Both the position numbers and the translations under genes were made by a program. Positions 28,506 through 37,519 of a stretch of 60,313 nucleotides of DNA are shown piece after piece (the first letter of the stretch is position 1; each line of letters begins with the position of its first letter). The stretch is from a virus (lineage: Duplodnaviria > Caudoviricetes). The stretch is from IMG/VR virus record IMGVR_UViG_3300028571_001115, positions 1-60,313 of that record; one strand, 5' to 3'. The notes under the pieces are model-generated. The model had not been told where the DNA came from, did not search any database, and saw nothing but the letters and a program-made list of their open reading frames with translations.

Positions 28506-29488
28506 TCCAGCAGCTTCTTGAAGCGATTGTTCGGCCCCAGGGCCTCAAGTTGGCCGCCTTCTCGCCGACCAAACAGCTCGTTGTCCGGCATGTCTGCAGA
28601 TTTCCATGGCGGCACAACCGCTCGCTCCCATGACGGCATGTTGAGGCGTGCCGCCTGGATCCTGGCCAGCCACTCGTTGTTCATGCGTGAATAGGTGGCA
28701 AACGGCAGGTTGCTGGACTCTTCTCCGGCTTGCTCCTGCTCCTGCGCGAAGTGCCCCAGCTCGTGCCCTACGACATTACGCTGATTGGCTCGAACCACGC
28801 CGGGATTGCCCCCCCATGGCGGCGTGTAATCTCCACCCCTTGCAGACTCCCCGCTATATCGGCTCGACGTGTCTGTGCTGAACAGGGTCTGGTCAAAGGC
28901 CTCTGGATATGCTGCACGAAGATCATCGTGCCTCACGAAGTCCTGTAGGTGCCCAATTGTCTTGGGCTCCGGCAATGGCGAGCTGTATGCATCATCGCCG
29001 GGCTCACGGGGCGGGATTGGCGTGCTCCAGGCCTTGTGCAGCTTGGCCGCGTCCTTAGGGAAGCGCCGCTCGAACTCGGTCAGGCCACCAGTCTTCTTGC
29101 GATCGATCCCAGCCTTGGTGAACAGCTCACGCTCCAGCGCATCGTTCTCCCGCTGGCGGCGCTTGATGGCGGTTGGCTCCCGGGCCAAAGCGTCGCGCCG
29201 GTCACGCTCGGCTTGGCGTCCAGAGCTGTCGAACTCCATCTTGTCGTCGGGGATCTCATACCAGAACTGCTGCCTCGGGTCGGCGAAGAAGCCGGTGTCA
29301 GCCCATGTCTTCTCGCGCGGCACGCCCACGAAGTGCTGATCCTGCGCCTGGGCCAGCTTCTCGCGGTCGACCGTCTGTGACTTAGGCCCGGCAAACACCA
29401 CTGGCTCGGCAACGGATGGCGTCTCGGCGAGGCGATAGACGCCGTCGTCGATCTCGTCGCGCATGAACGGTGGCCGAGGTGGCTTCAT
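28502..29488 (-). CDS. LPD23-like + zincin (HExxH) polyvalent-type protein
   Basis: FAGPKS...W-DTGF...YEIPDD...HDDL-AAYP...HELGH-AQ...E-LAR...PPW. Confidence 0.7.
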   Translation of the reverse strand: MKPPRPPFMRDEIDDGVYRLAETPSVAEPVVFAGPKSQTVDREKLAQAQDQHFVGVPREKTWADTGFFADPRQQFWYEIPDDKMEFDSSGRQAERDRRDALAREPTAIKRRQRENDALERELFTKAGIDRKKTGGLTEFERRFPKDAAKLHKAWSTPIPPREPGDDAYSSPLPEPKTIGHLQDFVRHDDLRAAYPEAFDQTLFSTDTSSRYSGESARGGDYTPPWGGNPGVVRANQRNVVGHELGHFAQEQEQAGEESSNLPFATYSRMNNEWLARIQAARLNMPSWERAVVPPWKSADMPDNELFGRREGGQLEALGPNNRFKKLLE

Positions 29489-29691
29489 CACCCACGGATG
29501 ATGGTATTCGATTTGGCCGTCAACAGCTCGTCCAGCCCTCGCTCCAGCTTGACCACCCGCTTCAACAGCGCACTCATATGCAGCTTATTCTCGTCCTCGA
29601 TAGACGCTGCGACTAAAGCCTGCTTGCTCATAAGGCCGCATTGGCAGCGCTCGGTGGCCAAAGAGAATCTGTGGATGTGTTGGCTCATCAC
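29488..29691 (-). CDS. Hypothetical protein
   Basis: Coupled overlaps. Confidence 0.45.
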   Translation of the reverse strand: MMSQHIHRFSLATERCQCGLMSKQALVAASIEDENKLHMSALLKRVVKLERGLDELLTAKSNTIIRG

Positions 29692-29942
29692 TTGGCGACC
29701 TCAACCTGGACATCGACCAGTCCGTTCGCTGCCAGCCACGCCAGCACGTTCATCGCCTTGAAGTAGCGCACCCGCTCGCCCTGGCTGTTCTCGCATGCCA
29801 GCTTGCCGCGCGGGAAGCCGCCTTTAGATTTCCAACCCTTGGGGAATACCAGAATGATGTTGGCGTCCTCGATCGGCAGGCCCAGCTCACGCGCGCTGTC
29901 CATCGCCTTGACGCACTGCCGCGCCATTTCTGCGGGTGTCAC
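29688..29942 (-). CDS. Hypothetical protein
   Basis: AGGAG SD; FPRG-L motif. Confidence 0.55.
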   Translation of the reverse strand: MTPAEMARQCVKAMDSARELGLPIEDANIILVFPKGWKSKGGFPRGKLACENSQGERVRYFKAMNVLAWLAANGLVDVQVEVAK

Positions 29943-30087
29943 CTGTAGCTCCTAAGAACTTCATCCTGGAGGTCCAGGACAAACTTGCGCCAGTGCTCCT
30001 TCTGCGCCTCGGTGTAGTGCGTCGCCCATACCCCGCCGTTGTTACCGAGGGCGCAGCGGATAGCGAGTGCTTCGATTTGCTCAGGCG

Positions 30088-30606
30088 TCACCTGATCCTC
30101 CCCTGTTTCGGCTTCGGTAGCCCATAGGCCTGGCGCGGCTCGATCTTGATCTTGCCGGTCAGTTCCTGAATGCGCTGCTTGGCCTCCTCGACGCTGATGT
30201 TGATGTTAACGTTCGTGGCACCGGCCACGGGCGTTTCCGGCTTGTCCTCATAACCCAGGCGCAGGCGGCGCTGTTTGGCCATGAAGCGCCACGTTGATGG
30301 GTCGTGCTTGGCGTGCGTGAAGCCCAGCTTGCGGAACGTCGCCCGGCCCATCCGGCGACCGTCCTGCCATGCTTCTCGCGCCTCCGGGTGCGCCATCAGG
30401 AAGTTGGTGAACGTCGGCAGGCTGCAACCCAGAAGCGCGGCGGCCTCGGTCTGGGTGTGGTCATGGGCGGCGATGTTGGTGATCTGGTCCAGCGTGCGCT
30501 CATTCAGCTCCAGCAGCTTGCTGCGGGTCTTGTAGCGAAAGGCTGGCTTGTCCTCCTTCTTGGGAGTGGCATCAGAAGGCATCTGGTGGCTCATTTTGAC
30601 GTTCAT
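30088..30606 (-). CDS. Putative terminase small subunit
   Basis: N-terminal HTH (TQTEAAALLGCS-PT), REAW-DGR--G-A--R helix, F-AK--LG, C-terminal strand. Confidence 0.55.
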   Translation of the reverse strand: MNVKMSHQMPSDATPKKEDKPAFRYKTRSKLLELNERTLDQITNIAAHDHTQTEAAALLGCSLPTFTNFLMAHPEAREAWQDGRRMGRATFRKLGFTHAKHDPSTWRFMAKQRRLRLGYEDKPETPVAGATNVNINISVEEAKQRIQELTGKIKIEPRQAYGLPKPKQGRIR

Positions 30607-31027
30607 CGTGCTGATTGTAGAATGCGTGGCGCATCGCGTCGCGAGCCAAGCTGTTAATCAGGTCGACCTCGAACGCGCGCTCAGCCCTGGCATGGTTGAT
30701 GAAGACCTTCCCCGACAGACTGACCGAGCGCAGCGCTGCTACATCGGTCGTCAGGTAGCGCGTGCTCTCCCGCAAGGTGTCCCGCATGTCGGCCTTGACC
30801 CAGTCAGGCAATAGGCCAGCCTTAAACAGCGCCAGGAGCTTGGGATTGCTCGCGATCAGCCATCGCGCATTGCCCGGCGTTGCACCTGCCGACATGGCCG
30901 TGTCGCGCCCTACCTGTCTCATCACCTTGGCAGTCTCTACCGCCCTTGCGGTCTCCATCTTGCCCAGCGTGCCAGCCGCCAGAGGTGCAGTACTGAACAG
31001 CTTGAGGATCTTGCGTCGGTCGATCAT
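30572..31027 (-). CDS. Hypothetical protein with twin-arginine-like N-terminus
   Basis: MIDRRKILKLFSTAPLAA. Confidence 0.55.
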   Translation of the reverse strand: MIDRRKILKLFSTAPLAAGTLGKMETARAVETAKVMRQVGRDTAMSAGATPGNARWLIASNPKLLALFKAGLLPDWVKADMRDTLRESTRYLTTDVAALRSVSLSGKVFINHARAERAFEVDLINSLARDAMRHAFYNQHDERQNEPPDAF

Positions 31028-31112
31028 TTGCCACTCCCTGACGGCTTACCTGGGCGGCATGGATTGGCGCACCATGTTCCGCATGCCTCACAATATCCGC
31101 CTGCGAACTTGA

Positions 31113-31310
31113 TCATTTTTTCAACTCCCGAATGGCCGAGCACTTGCGGCACAGGCAGCCTCCCTCGTGCGACACGACGCTATTGACACCCAGCGTCAGC
31201 CTGCCCGTCACAATCATGAGCAGCACCCAGCCGAGGCCGATCCAGACCATCAGGCCGGTGCCCCACAGGGCGTTGTTCAAGGCGATGTTGATGGTTTCGT
31301 GGTCAATCAT
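31113..31310 (-). CDS. Small membrane protein
   Basis: One hydrophobic segment. Confidence 0.4.
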   Translation of the reverse strand: MIDHETINIALNNALWGTGLMVWIGLGWVLLMIVTGRLTLGVNSVVSHEGGCLCRKCSAIRELKK

Positions 31311-31652
31311 GCTGACCCCTTCCTGATGAGTGCTGAGAACTGAACGTCGACCAACATCAGGAGCGCCGCCTCCTCGATCGCATAGAAGTCGTCGTACATG
31401 AAAGTGCGCCGAATGGTCGTCTTGTGTTGGCCCATGTGCCGCATACAGGTATCGATAAACTCCAGCTCGATGCCGGTCATGGCTTCACCCTCTTGACTAA
31501 CTCTAGGCAGAACGCATTGGGGTACATTTGCCGGGCGCACACATACTCAGCAGACACTGGCGGCGTAGGAGGCGCAGAGTGCACGATGAAGCTCGTCAGG
31601 ACTATGCACAGGCAGACTGCACACGCGATCGTCGCGGCCATTCCATATTCCG

Positions 31653-32309
31653 TCACTCTCCAGCCCCCTCCCGACGCGCTTTCATCACGGCTTTGAACTC
31701 CAGCTCCTCGCTGCCATCGAGCAGTGCTTTGCCCTTCATGAGTTTGGAGATCTTGACGATCAGCTTCTCTGCTGCCAGCAGCTGCTCCTGATCGAGCCCA
31801 CTGAAGACCCGGAATTGCACCGGCCCGATCTCCCAAACCTCACCCGGAAACAGGTACGAGCGCGGGCCATCAGTTGCGGCAGCCTCGCCTTCCTCCTCCT
31901 CGCCCTTGTCCAGGTCAAACAGCCGCTCGACGTCCTTCTCGCTGAAGCCGAGCTGATCAGGCGCAAAGCCCAGCTGCTCCAGCTCGATCACAACGTCCGC
32001 CAGCTGCGGCTTGGCCCACCGGTGGTCCTTGCCGTGCTGGTTGTTGGCGATCAAGTAGGCCAGCGCCTCCTCGTCAGTCAGGTTGAGGATCAGCACCGGC
32101 ACCAACTTGAGCCCCAGCAGCTTGGCTGCCGCAAAGCGGCGATGACCGGCCACAATGAGCTTGGTGCCGACCTGGATCTCGATCGGCGAAGTAAAACCGT
32201 GCTGCTGCATCGCGTCAGCTAGCTTGCGCACAGCCTCCTCGGTGATCTCGCTCGGGTTCTTGGGGTGTGGCCGCAAGTCGCCCAGCGGCATCAGCTCAAA
32301 CGTACTCAC
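31653..32309 (-). CDS. ParB/Srx-like N-terminal domain protein
   Basis: LRPHPKNP...GFTSPI...IVAGHRRFAAAK-LG...VPV. Confidence 0.8.
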   Translation of the reverse strand: MSTFELMPLGDLRPHPKNPSEITEEAVRKLADAMQQHGFTSPIEIQVGTKLIVAGHRRFAAAKLLGLKLVPVLILNLTDEEALAYLIANNQHGKDHRWAKPQLADVVIELEQLGFAPDQLGFSEKDVERLFDLDKGEEEEGEAAATDGPRSYLFPGEVWEIGPVQFRVFSGLDQEQLLAAEKLIVKISKLMKGKALLDGSEELEFKAVMKARREGAGE

Positions 32310-32779
32310 GCGGCCTCCGGCTTCTCGACGGTGCCGCCTTCAGGGCCGAGGTCAGCAGGAGGCTGATCTTCAGACTCAGCCCACGACTGCGCATCCGCAA
32401 TGAGGCCATCACGCACCTCGGTGAGACCAGCCTTGCGCTCCTCAAGGATGTCCATAAGCCGCTTGACCTTCTGGAACGCCTCGGTCTCGCCCGTCGGCAG
32501 CAGCATGGCCAACTGCGGCAGAATCTTAGCGAACGTCTCAACGTCGTCGAGGTACGCCTTCACGCCGGACAGGAGCGCCTGTTCGAGGCTCTGCAGTCGC
32601 TCACTATTCGCGCCAGCTGCCATAACCATCTCATGCAGCTTCCGCCCGTTGACCGTTACCATTCCATTGTCTGGAACGTGGAACTCAGCCTCCAAGCTGT
32701 TGATCAGCCACTCTTTTTGATATGAGGAAAATTCCATGCCAACCCCTATGTTATAATGTTGCTTCTGCGCAGTTTTCAT
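32306..32779 (-). CDS. Hypothetical protein
   Basis: ORF coupled to ParB-like gene. Confidence 0.55.
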   Translation of the reverse strand: MKTAQKQHYNIGVGMEFSSYQKEWLINSLEAEFHVPDNGMVTVNGRKLHEMVMAAGANSERLQSLEQALLSGVKAYLDDVETFAKILPQLAMLLPTGETEAFQKVKRLMDILEERKAGLTEVRDGLIADAQSWAESEDQPPADLGPEGGTVEKPEAA

Positions 32780-32873
32780 CTAACGCCTACTGACGTTCGG
32801 CGTGGCTTGTCGTACACTTGCAGATGTTCAAATTAGATGTCAACCCCCAATTGACATATGCACAGCTGGGCAC

Positions 32874-32902
32874 AAAAAAAGAGGCAGCCGAAGCTGCCCC
32901 TT
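32874..32902 (-). terminator. Intrinsic terminator
   Basis: aggggcagc-ttcg-gctgcctct followed by T run. Confidence 0.75.
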
Positions 32903-33036
32903 AAGTACCCGCACAATCCAACCAGCGTCCCCTGACAGGTCATGTGTGATCGTCAGGTACGCCATGTTTTTTGGCTTTGCAAGTATTTTTTTCTTGACAA
33001 CGAACAATTCACAAGAATATCAGCTGTCAGTTGCAT

Positions 33037-33228
33037 TTATGATACAGTATAGATCGGTTTCTGATTTATGCGAAGTCTTCTCTCTACTATCCAGTTGTAA
33101 ACGAATGCTTCGTTAATGTATGGTCCCAAGCCCGCCAGCTCTTGCGCAATCTGATCTGTGCGGTATCTACCGGTCTCCCATCTGCGCCTGATCTCCAGGT
33201 CGATGAGGCGAGCCTCCCCTAGTGTCAT
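33037..33228 (-). CDS. Small HTH-like protein
   Basis: TDQIAQEL...EAFVYNWI. Confidence 0.45.
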   Translation of the reverse strand: MTLGEARLIDLEIRRRWETGRYRTDQIAQELAGLGPYINEAFVYNWIVERRLRINQKPIYTVS

Positions 33229-33605
33229 GGGCGCTTCTCGGGGAGTAGCCACTTGCCGTTCTTATCGATGGTGATCCCAGCCTTCGTCAGCGACCCGCTT
33301 GGCAACTTGCTGCCTGGGCGTCCCTTGCGGCGCTTTGGCTTTGCCGGTGACTTAGGCTTGGCGACAACGATCATAGGAAGGGGGCGCGGATCTCTTGGCT
33401 GGCGGTCCAAGTAATCGAAGAAGCGTTCCTTAGCTAAATGAGACACTCCCACAGTATTGAACTTGACCCTGTTAGACCTCAGCAGGGCGAACCACACATC
33501 TGCTGGCATGACCCGAATAATGTCGTTGCTGAGCCGGTCGACGATCTGAGGCACATTCATCCCCTGATCGAATAACCTTGGCGCTTTGTTGCATATGCTG
33601 CACAT
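33225..33605 (-). CDS. Basic hypothetical protein
   Basis: AAGGAG SD, K/R-rich tail. Confidence 0.5.
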   Translation of the reverse strand: MCSICNKAPRLFDQGMNVPQIVDRLSNDIIRVMPADVWFALLRSNRVKFNTVGVSHLAKERFFDYLDRQPRDPRPLPMIVVAKPKSPAKPKRRKGRPGSKLPSGSLTKAGITIDKNGKWLLPEKRP

Positions 33606-33641
33606 GATTATACTCCTTGTACGCTATTGGTTGACGTGTGG

Positions 33642-33878
33642 TTAAGGCTCATCCTCTACCAGGGTCACGCCGAGCTTGGCGGCGTGGGCGATCAGGTTGT
33701 CCTGGCAGTTAGCAGATCGGGCACGTCTCCAGGCTGCCGACAGCTGGCGCTTGATGGTCAGCCGCTCCTCACGCGTCTTTGGCCCGGCAACCAGCAGGCG
33801 GCAGGCGTCCTCGACGAGGCGCAGCGAGGTCTGTCGCATCATCCGGTAGTCGGGCTCAATTCTGCGGATCTCGATCAT
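33642..33878 (-). CDS. Hypothetical protein
   Basis: GAGGAG SD, ATGA overlap. Confidence 0.5.
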   Translation of the reverse strand: MIEIRRIEPDYRMMRQTSLRLVEDACRLLVAGPKTREERLTIKRQLSAAWRRARSANCQDNLIAHAAKLGVTLVEDEP

Positions 33879-34405
33879 GACTTACTCCTCTTCTTGCGCC
33901 CCACCATCTGATGGTGCACGGCCTCGCTTTGCGTTAGCTGGGCAGGAAGGGGTGGGCTCACTGCTGCACCTGAATAATCGGCAAGGCGGCTATAGCGGCC
34001 TAAGCCCTCGCCTTTGCCACGCAGCTGGAAGTGTCCCACGTCTTCCCAGAACTCGGTGTTGGGATGCTTGACCACGTAGGCGAGGCGCGGGCCAAAGTAG
34101 ACGGCGCAGGCCTGGGAATGCTTGCACTCGACAACCACCGTGTACGCGCTCGTAAATGCCTGCCCTGCGATGCCGCCATGCCCGCACGCGGTGTTACTCC
34201 AACCCTGCTGGAACACGGTCACGTTGACCTCGTAGAACTCGGGGCGGCGCTTGGTGATGTTGTCTTGGTCACGCACCTTGCGGGCGTTGAGGGATGCGGC
34301 TGTTTCGTCAACCCAGGTGTGGGTCACGTGATCGAACTCAGGCAGCGCCACGCAGCAGGCGTGATGCAGGGCGTAGGCCAAAGTGCTGACTGGGTCGCCG
34401 CTCAT
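33875..34405 (-). CDS. Hypothetical protein
   Basis: GAGGAG SD; FQQGWSNTACG-GG--GQAFTSAYT. Confidence 0.6.
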   Translation of the reverse strand: MSGDPVSTLAYALHHACCVALPEFDHVTHTWVDETAASLNARKVRDQDNITKRRPEFYEVNVTVFQQGWSNTACGHGGIAGQAFTSAYTVVVECKHSQACAVYFGPRLAYVVKHPNTEFWEDVGHFQLRGKGEGLGRYSRLADYSGAAVSPPLPAQLTQSEAVHHQMVGRKKRSKS

Positions 34406-34569
34406 GTATTCTCCTCGATCTTAGATGCGCGCTGGATCGCCACGCGGGCTGTCTTGATGCTGATGCCGAAGCGCTCGCTGATCGTGGAGGTACCCAGGCC
34501 GGAGCGGTAAAGCTTCAGCACCTTCAGGTCTCGCTCGCGGCACGCCCTTTCTTTCTCGTCTTGCGTCAC
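34402..34569 (-). CDS. Small HTH protein (Mor/sigma region-4-like); absent from ORF track
   Basis: Manual translation RDLKVLKLYRSGLGTSTISERFGISIKTARVAI; AGGAG SD. Confidence 0.55.
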   Translation of the reverse strand: MTQDEKERACRERDLKVLKLYRSGLGTSTISERFGISIKTARVAIQRASKIEENT

Positions 34570-34581
34570 ATGCGGCTCCTG

Positions 34582-34800
34582 TCAATTGTCAGTTGACAAA
34601 CGGTCAAAAAGGTCGAGCGTGTCAGGATCTCGTCCTGGGCGCGGATTTGGCTGGATGTCTCGTGTCAGCTTGTTCAGCTCATGCGGGCTGATCTTGAACT
34701 TCTGGGCAATCCACCAGCGCGGCACGCGAGCCTCCCTGACGTGCAGGCGGATCTGGGCGACCTCGTCGTCGGTCAGTTTTGCGGATGGGATGCGCTTCAT
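34582..34800 (-). CDS. Small HTH protein
   Basis: AKLTDDEVAQIR...IAQKFKIS. Confidence 0.6.
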   Translation of the reverse strand: MKRIPSAKLTDDEVAQIRLHVREARVPRWWIAQKFKISPHELNKLTRDIQPNPRPGRDPDTLDLFDRLSTDN

Positions 34801-35045
34801 TAGAACGGCACCTCCCCCTCAACGGTATAGCTGGTCGCGGCCACATAGCCGAAGTGATGCAGGGGGGCGTAGGTGAAAGCCCAGTCACAGCAAGTGGCAT
34901 AGGCCGCATCGGCTGGATCATCACCCTCCTCAATCCGCGCGTCGTAGTGAGCAAGAACAGCCTCGTAGCCGCCATCATGCACACCATCTATACCAACTGC
35001 GCGCTCAAGCTCGCGGCGGTAAACATCAGCCAGCATCGATGTCAC
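34800..35045 (-). CDS. Hypothetical protein
   Basis: Coupled ORF. Confidence 0.4.
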   Translation of the reverse strand: MTSMLADVYRRELERAVGIDGVHDGGYEAVLAHYDARIEEGDDPADAAYATCCDWAFTYAPLHHFGYVAATSYTVEGEVPF

Positions 35046-35280
35046 CCTTCATGGACTGCTCAAGCGCAAGCAGTTCGTCCCTCAGTCTCTGCATGCGGGT
35101 GACTCGGCGAACTTTGTCGTGACGTTTGCGGGCGGCACCGAGCAGGGCCATGAGTGCGTCGACCTCCTCGTCCACAAGCTCAAAGTGCTGATTAAGCGCG
35201 GAGTCGTAGAGCAAGATAGTGGCATGGGTGGTAGCGGTATCGCGGTTCATTTGGATGTGGATATGGGTGAAGTCAGTCAC
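35026..35280 (-). CDS. Hypothetical protein
   Basis: Coupled ORF. Confidence 0.45.
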   Translation of the reverse strand: MTDFTHIHIQMNRDTATTHATILLYDSALNQHFELVDEEVDALMALLGAARKRHDKVRRVTRMQRLRDELLALEQSMKGDIDAG

Positions 35281-35693
35281 AGGATCTCCGTAATGGTCAG
35301 GCCCGCATAGAGGGCTTCAAATAGCTTCTTCTTCACGCGATACGCCGGGTTCTTGCGGGTGGCCGGGCTCTTCACGTCTTCGATGATGACCTGACCCGTG
35401 TGGGTCTGATATCTGAAATCTGGCTTAATGGCAGCGACCTTGACTCCGTTGACGACGAGTTTATAGGTGACCTGCCTCTCCAGGCTCTTGATCTCGCCGG
35501 TCGCTTCCATAAGCTGCAGATCGCGCCAGCGCTTGGCCTCCCGCTTGCTGTCGATGACGATGTCGTCCCCATCGGCCTGGGGGATCACGACCTTGGTGTT
35601 CTTGTACTTGCCCGGCTTGCGGTTCGCCTTTGCCTTAAGATCGGCGATGATGCGACGGCCTTCAGGGCTTTTGACGGGTACGGTTTTGATCAT
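35277..35693 (-). CDS. DUF1064-family (PD-(D/E)xK-like) phage protein
   Basis: KYKN-K...DSKREA-R...L-RQV...PDF-Y...EDVKS...Y-VKKKL. Confidence 0.85.
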   Translation of the reverse strand: MIKTVPVKSPEGRRIIADLKAKANRKPGKYKNTKVVIPQADGDDIVIDSKREAKRWRDLQLMEATGEIKSLERQVTYKLVVNGVKVAAIKPDFRYQTHTGQVIIEDVKSPATRKNPAYRVKKKLFEALYAGLTITEIL

Positions 35694-36187
35694 GCTGCGA
35701 CCCTCTGGCTGCGGTCCCAGAACATTCCCAACTCTGACCGGCGCAGCGCATTAATTGATGGTTGACCCATGCCAACAAGCACAATGCCGTGGCCGGGCGA
35801 AGTGCCGACCGTTCCGTCGGGCCGGATAAACTTGGTCTTGCCGCGTGACCACAAAAGCGCCTCAGCGCGGTGCATATGATCATGCCACCATGCCGAGCTA
35901 GTGTATGAGCGGACGATTGCAATGCCGTTGCCGTGATCGAAAAATTTGGTCAGCCACGGGATGTGGCCATTGCGTCCACCAAACGGTGGGTTCATGAACA
36001 CAAGACCGCTCCAAGGCTGAGCGAGGCCATCATCGATCTTGGTGTAACAACGAACCGCAGGCACGTTGCACAAGTGAAGGCCAGGGGAGCACGGGTCGAG
36101 GTCGAAGGTCAACTTGAGACCGTCGAAGATCTCTCGCGGCGTATACCACTCGTCGCTTTCGCCAATGCTGTTTTCGTGCTCAGCCAT
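35690..36187 (-). CDS. Phage DNA N6-adenine methyltransferase
   Basis: SDEWYTP, FDLDPC, DGLAQPW, FMNPPF. Confidence 0.85.
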   Translation of the reverse strand: MAEHENSIGESDEWYTPREIFDGLKLTFDLDPCSPGLHLCNVPAVRCYTKIDDGLAQPWSGLVFMNPPFGGRNGHIPWLTKFFDHGNGIAIVRSYTSSAWWHDHMHRAEALLWSRGKTKFIRPDGTVGTSPGHGIVLVGMGQPSINALRRSELGMFWDRSQRVAA

Positions 36188-36258
36188 GCGTCCCTCATCT
36201 GGTCTCTCGCACACCCTTGCTGATTTGCATGCTATTGTCAACTAGCGGTGGACACATT

Positions 36259-37512
36259 TTATCGGCAAGCGTACACGCCCGTCACATAGGCCAGAGTGGC
36301 ATGTGCAATCTGCCGCTCGTCGGTCAGCCGGATCTGCTCTAGGTCGATCTGGGCCAGGGCCTCAACGGCATCCAGGTAGGCGCGGGCGTCACGCTTGCCT
36401 GCCTTGTAGGCTGCCTCGGTTGCGGTCAGCACCTGGGCAGCGATCGCCCGGCGCTTCCCCAGCAGGGCAACCTGACCGGTCCCAAGCTGGATGGTTGTCC
36501 ATGCAATAGATGCTTGACCGGCAACCTCGTCCTCGCTCGCGCTGGAGCGGTATGTCGCAGCAGACGCTGCCGCCCGGCGGCTCTCCAGATCGGCCTGCGG
36601 CTCGGCACCCCATGGCAGTGGCACCCGAGCCGTCACCTTGCCATAAGCCTCCTCAGCCTCGTACGTTCTGGCATATTGTACGCTATGCTTGACGCCCACC
36701 TGAAGTGCAACCTCCGGCAGCCTGGGCCTGGAGCGCTGCGCCAGCTGGATCGCTGCCGTATCTTTAGCCAGCCGTGCCTGCCTCAGCTGCGGTGCATGGG
36801 CCAAGACGGCAGCCCTGCACTCCTCCAGGCTGGCACAGGCAGGGGGCACTGGCTGGCTGATGACCTTACGGGCAGCGCTTACAGCTCCACCCCACAAAGC
36901 CAAGCGGCGATGCTCGGCCAAGGCCGCCCGCTGCTGCGTGTCGCCCTCTGCCAGCAGCCAGCGAGACAGCCGGTCCCGCACATCCAGCAGGTCGACCTCC
37001 GGCACGTCCTTGGCCTTCACCCGCTTGCTGACATCTGCCATGACCCGCTTCAGCTGGCGCTGAGTCTCTCCTGTAACCTTGAGCCGGTCATTTGTTGACT
37101 GAGCCTCGATCGCAATGGCGCGGGTTTCACGTGAAATTGATCCGCAGACATCATCCAGCGCAGCTGATCGTTGTGCAATCGTTGCGTCGGCAACCCTAAG
37201 TTCGTCGATCAGCAACTGGTCCTTGATGATGGGCTGCGTCAACCTGACCTCGGCACTCCATGGCCCTGGTGCACGGTCACGGATGGAAGGATCAGGCACC
37301 CCATTGATGGTGTCGCGTGTCCAGGCGGGTCCGATCTCGCCGGTCGCCTCCACGGTTGGCATCCAGTTCGCGATCACCCGGCGGCGTTGCGCGACCGCCT
37401 GAGCGAGGTCAGCCTTGGCTGCCATCACCCGGGGGTGATCGGAAACCTCGGGAGCCCAGCAGGGGGTTACTGTAATGCTATAACATATCATAGCGAGCAG
37501 CAGGCGTTTCAT
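36259..37512 (-). CDS. TolC-family outer membrane channel
   Basis: Signal peptide; HPRVMAAKA...WMPTV...LTQPI, repeated in second half (RLPEV...RVPL), YKAGKR---YLDA. Confidence 0.8.
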   Translation of the reverse strand: MKRLLLAMICYSITVTPCWAPEVSDHPRVMAAKADLAQAVAQRRRVIANWMPTVEATGEIGPAWTRDTINGVPDPSIRDRAPGPWSAEVRLTQPIIKDQLLIDELRVADATIAQRSAALDDVCGSISRETRAIAIEAQSTNDRLKVTGETQRQLKRVMADVSKRVKAKDVPEVDLLDVRDRLSRWLLAEGDTQQRAALAEHRRLALWGGAVSAARKVISQPVPPACASLEECRAAVLAHAPQLRQARLAKDTAAIQLAQRSRPRLPEVALQVGVKHSVQYARTYEAEEAYGKVTARVPLPWGAEPQADLESRRAAASAATYRSSASEDEVAGQASIAWTTIQLGTGQVALLGKRRAIAAQVLTATEAAYKAGKRDARAYLDAVEALAQIDLEQIRLTDERQIAHATLAYVTGVYACR

Positions 37513-37519
37513 GGATCCC

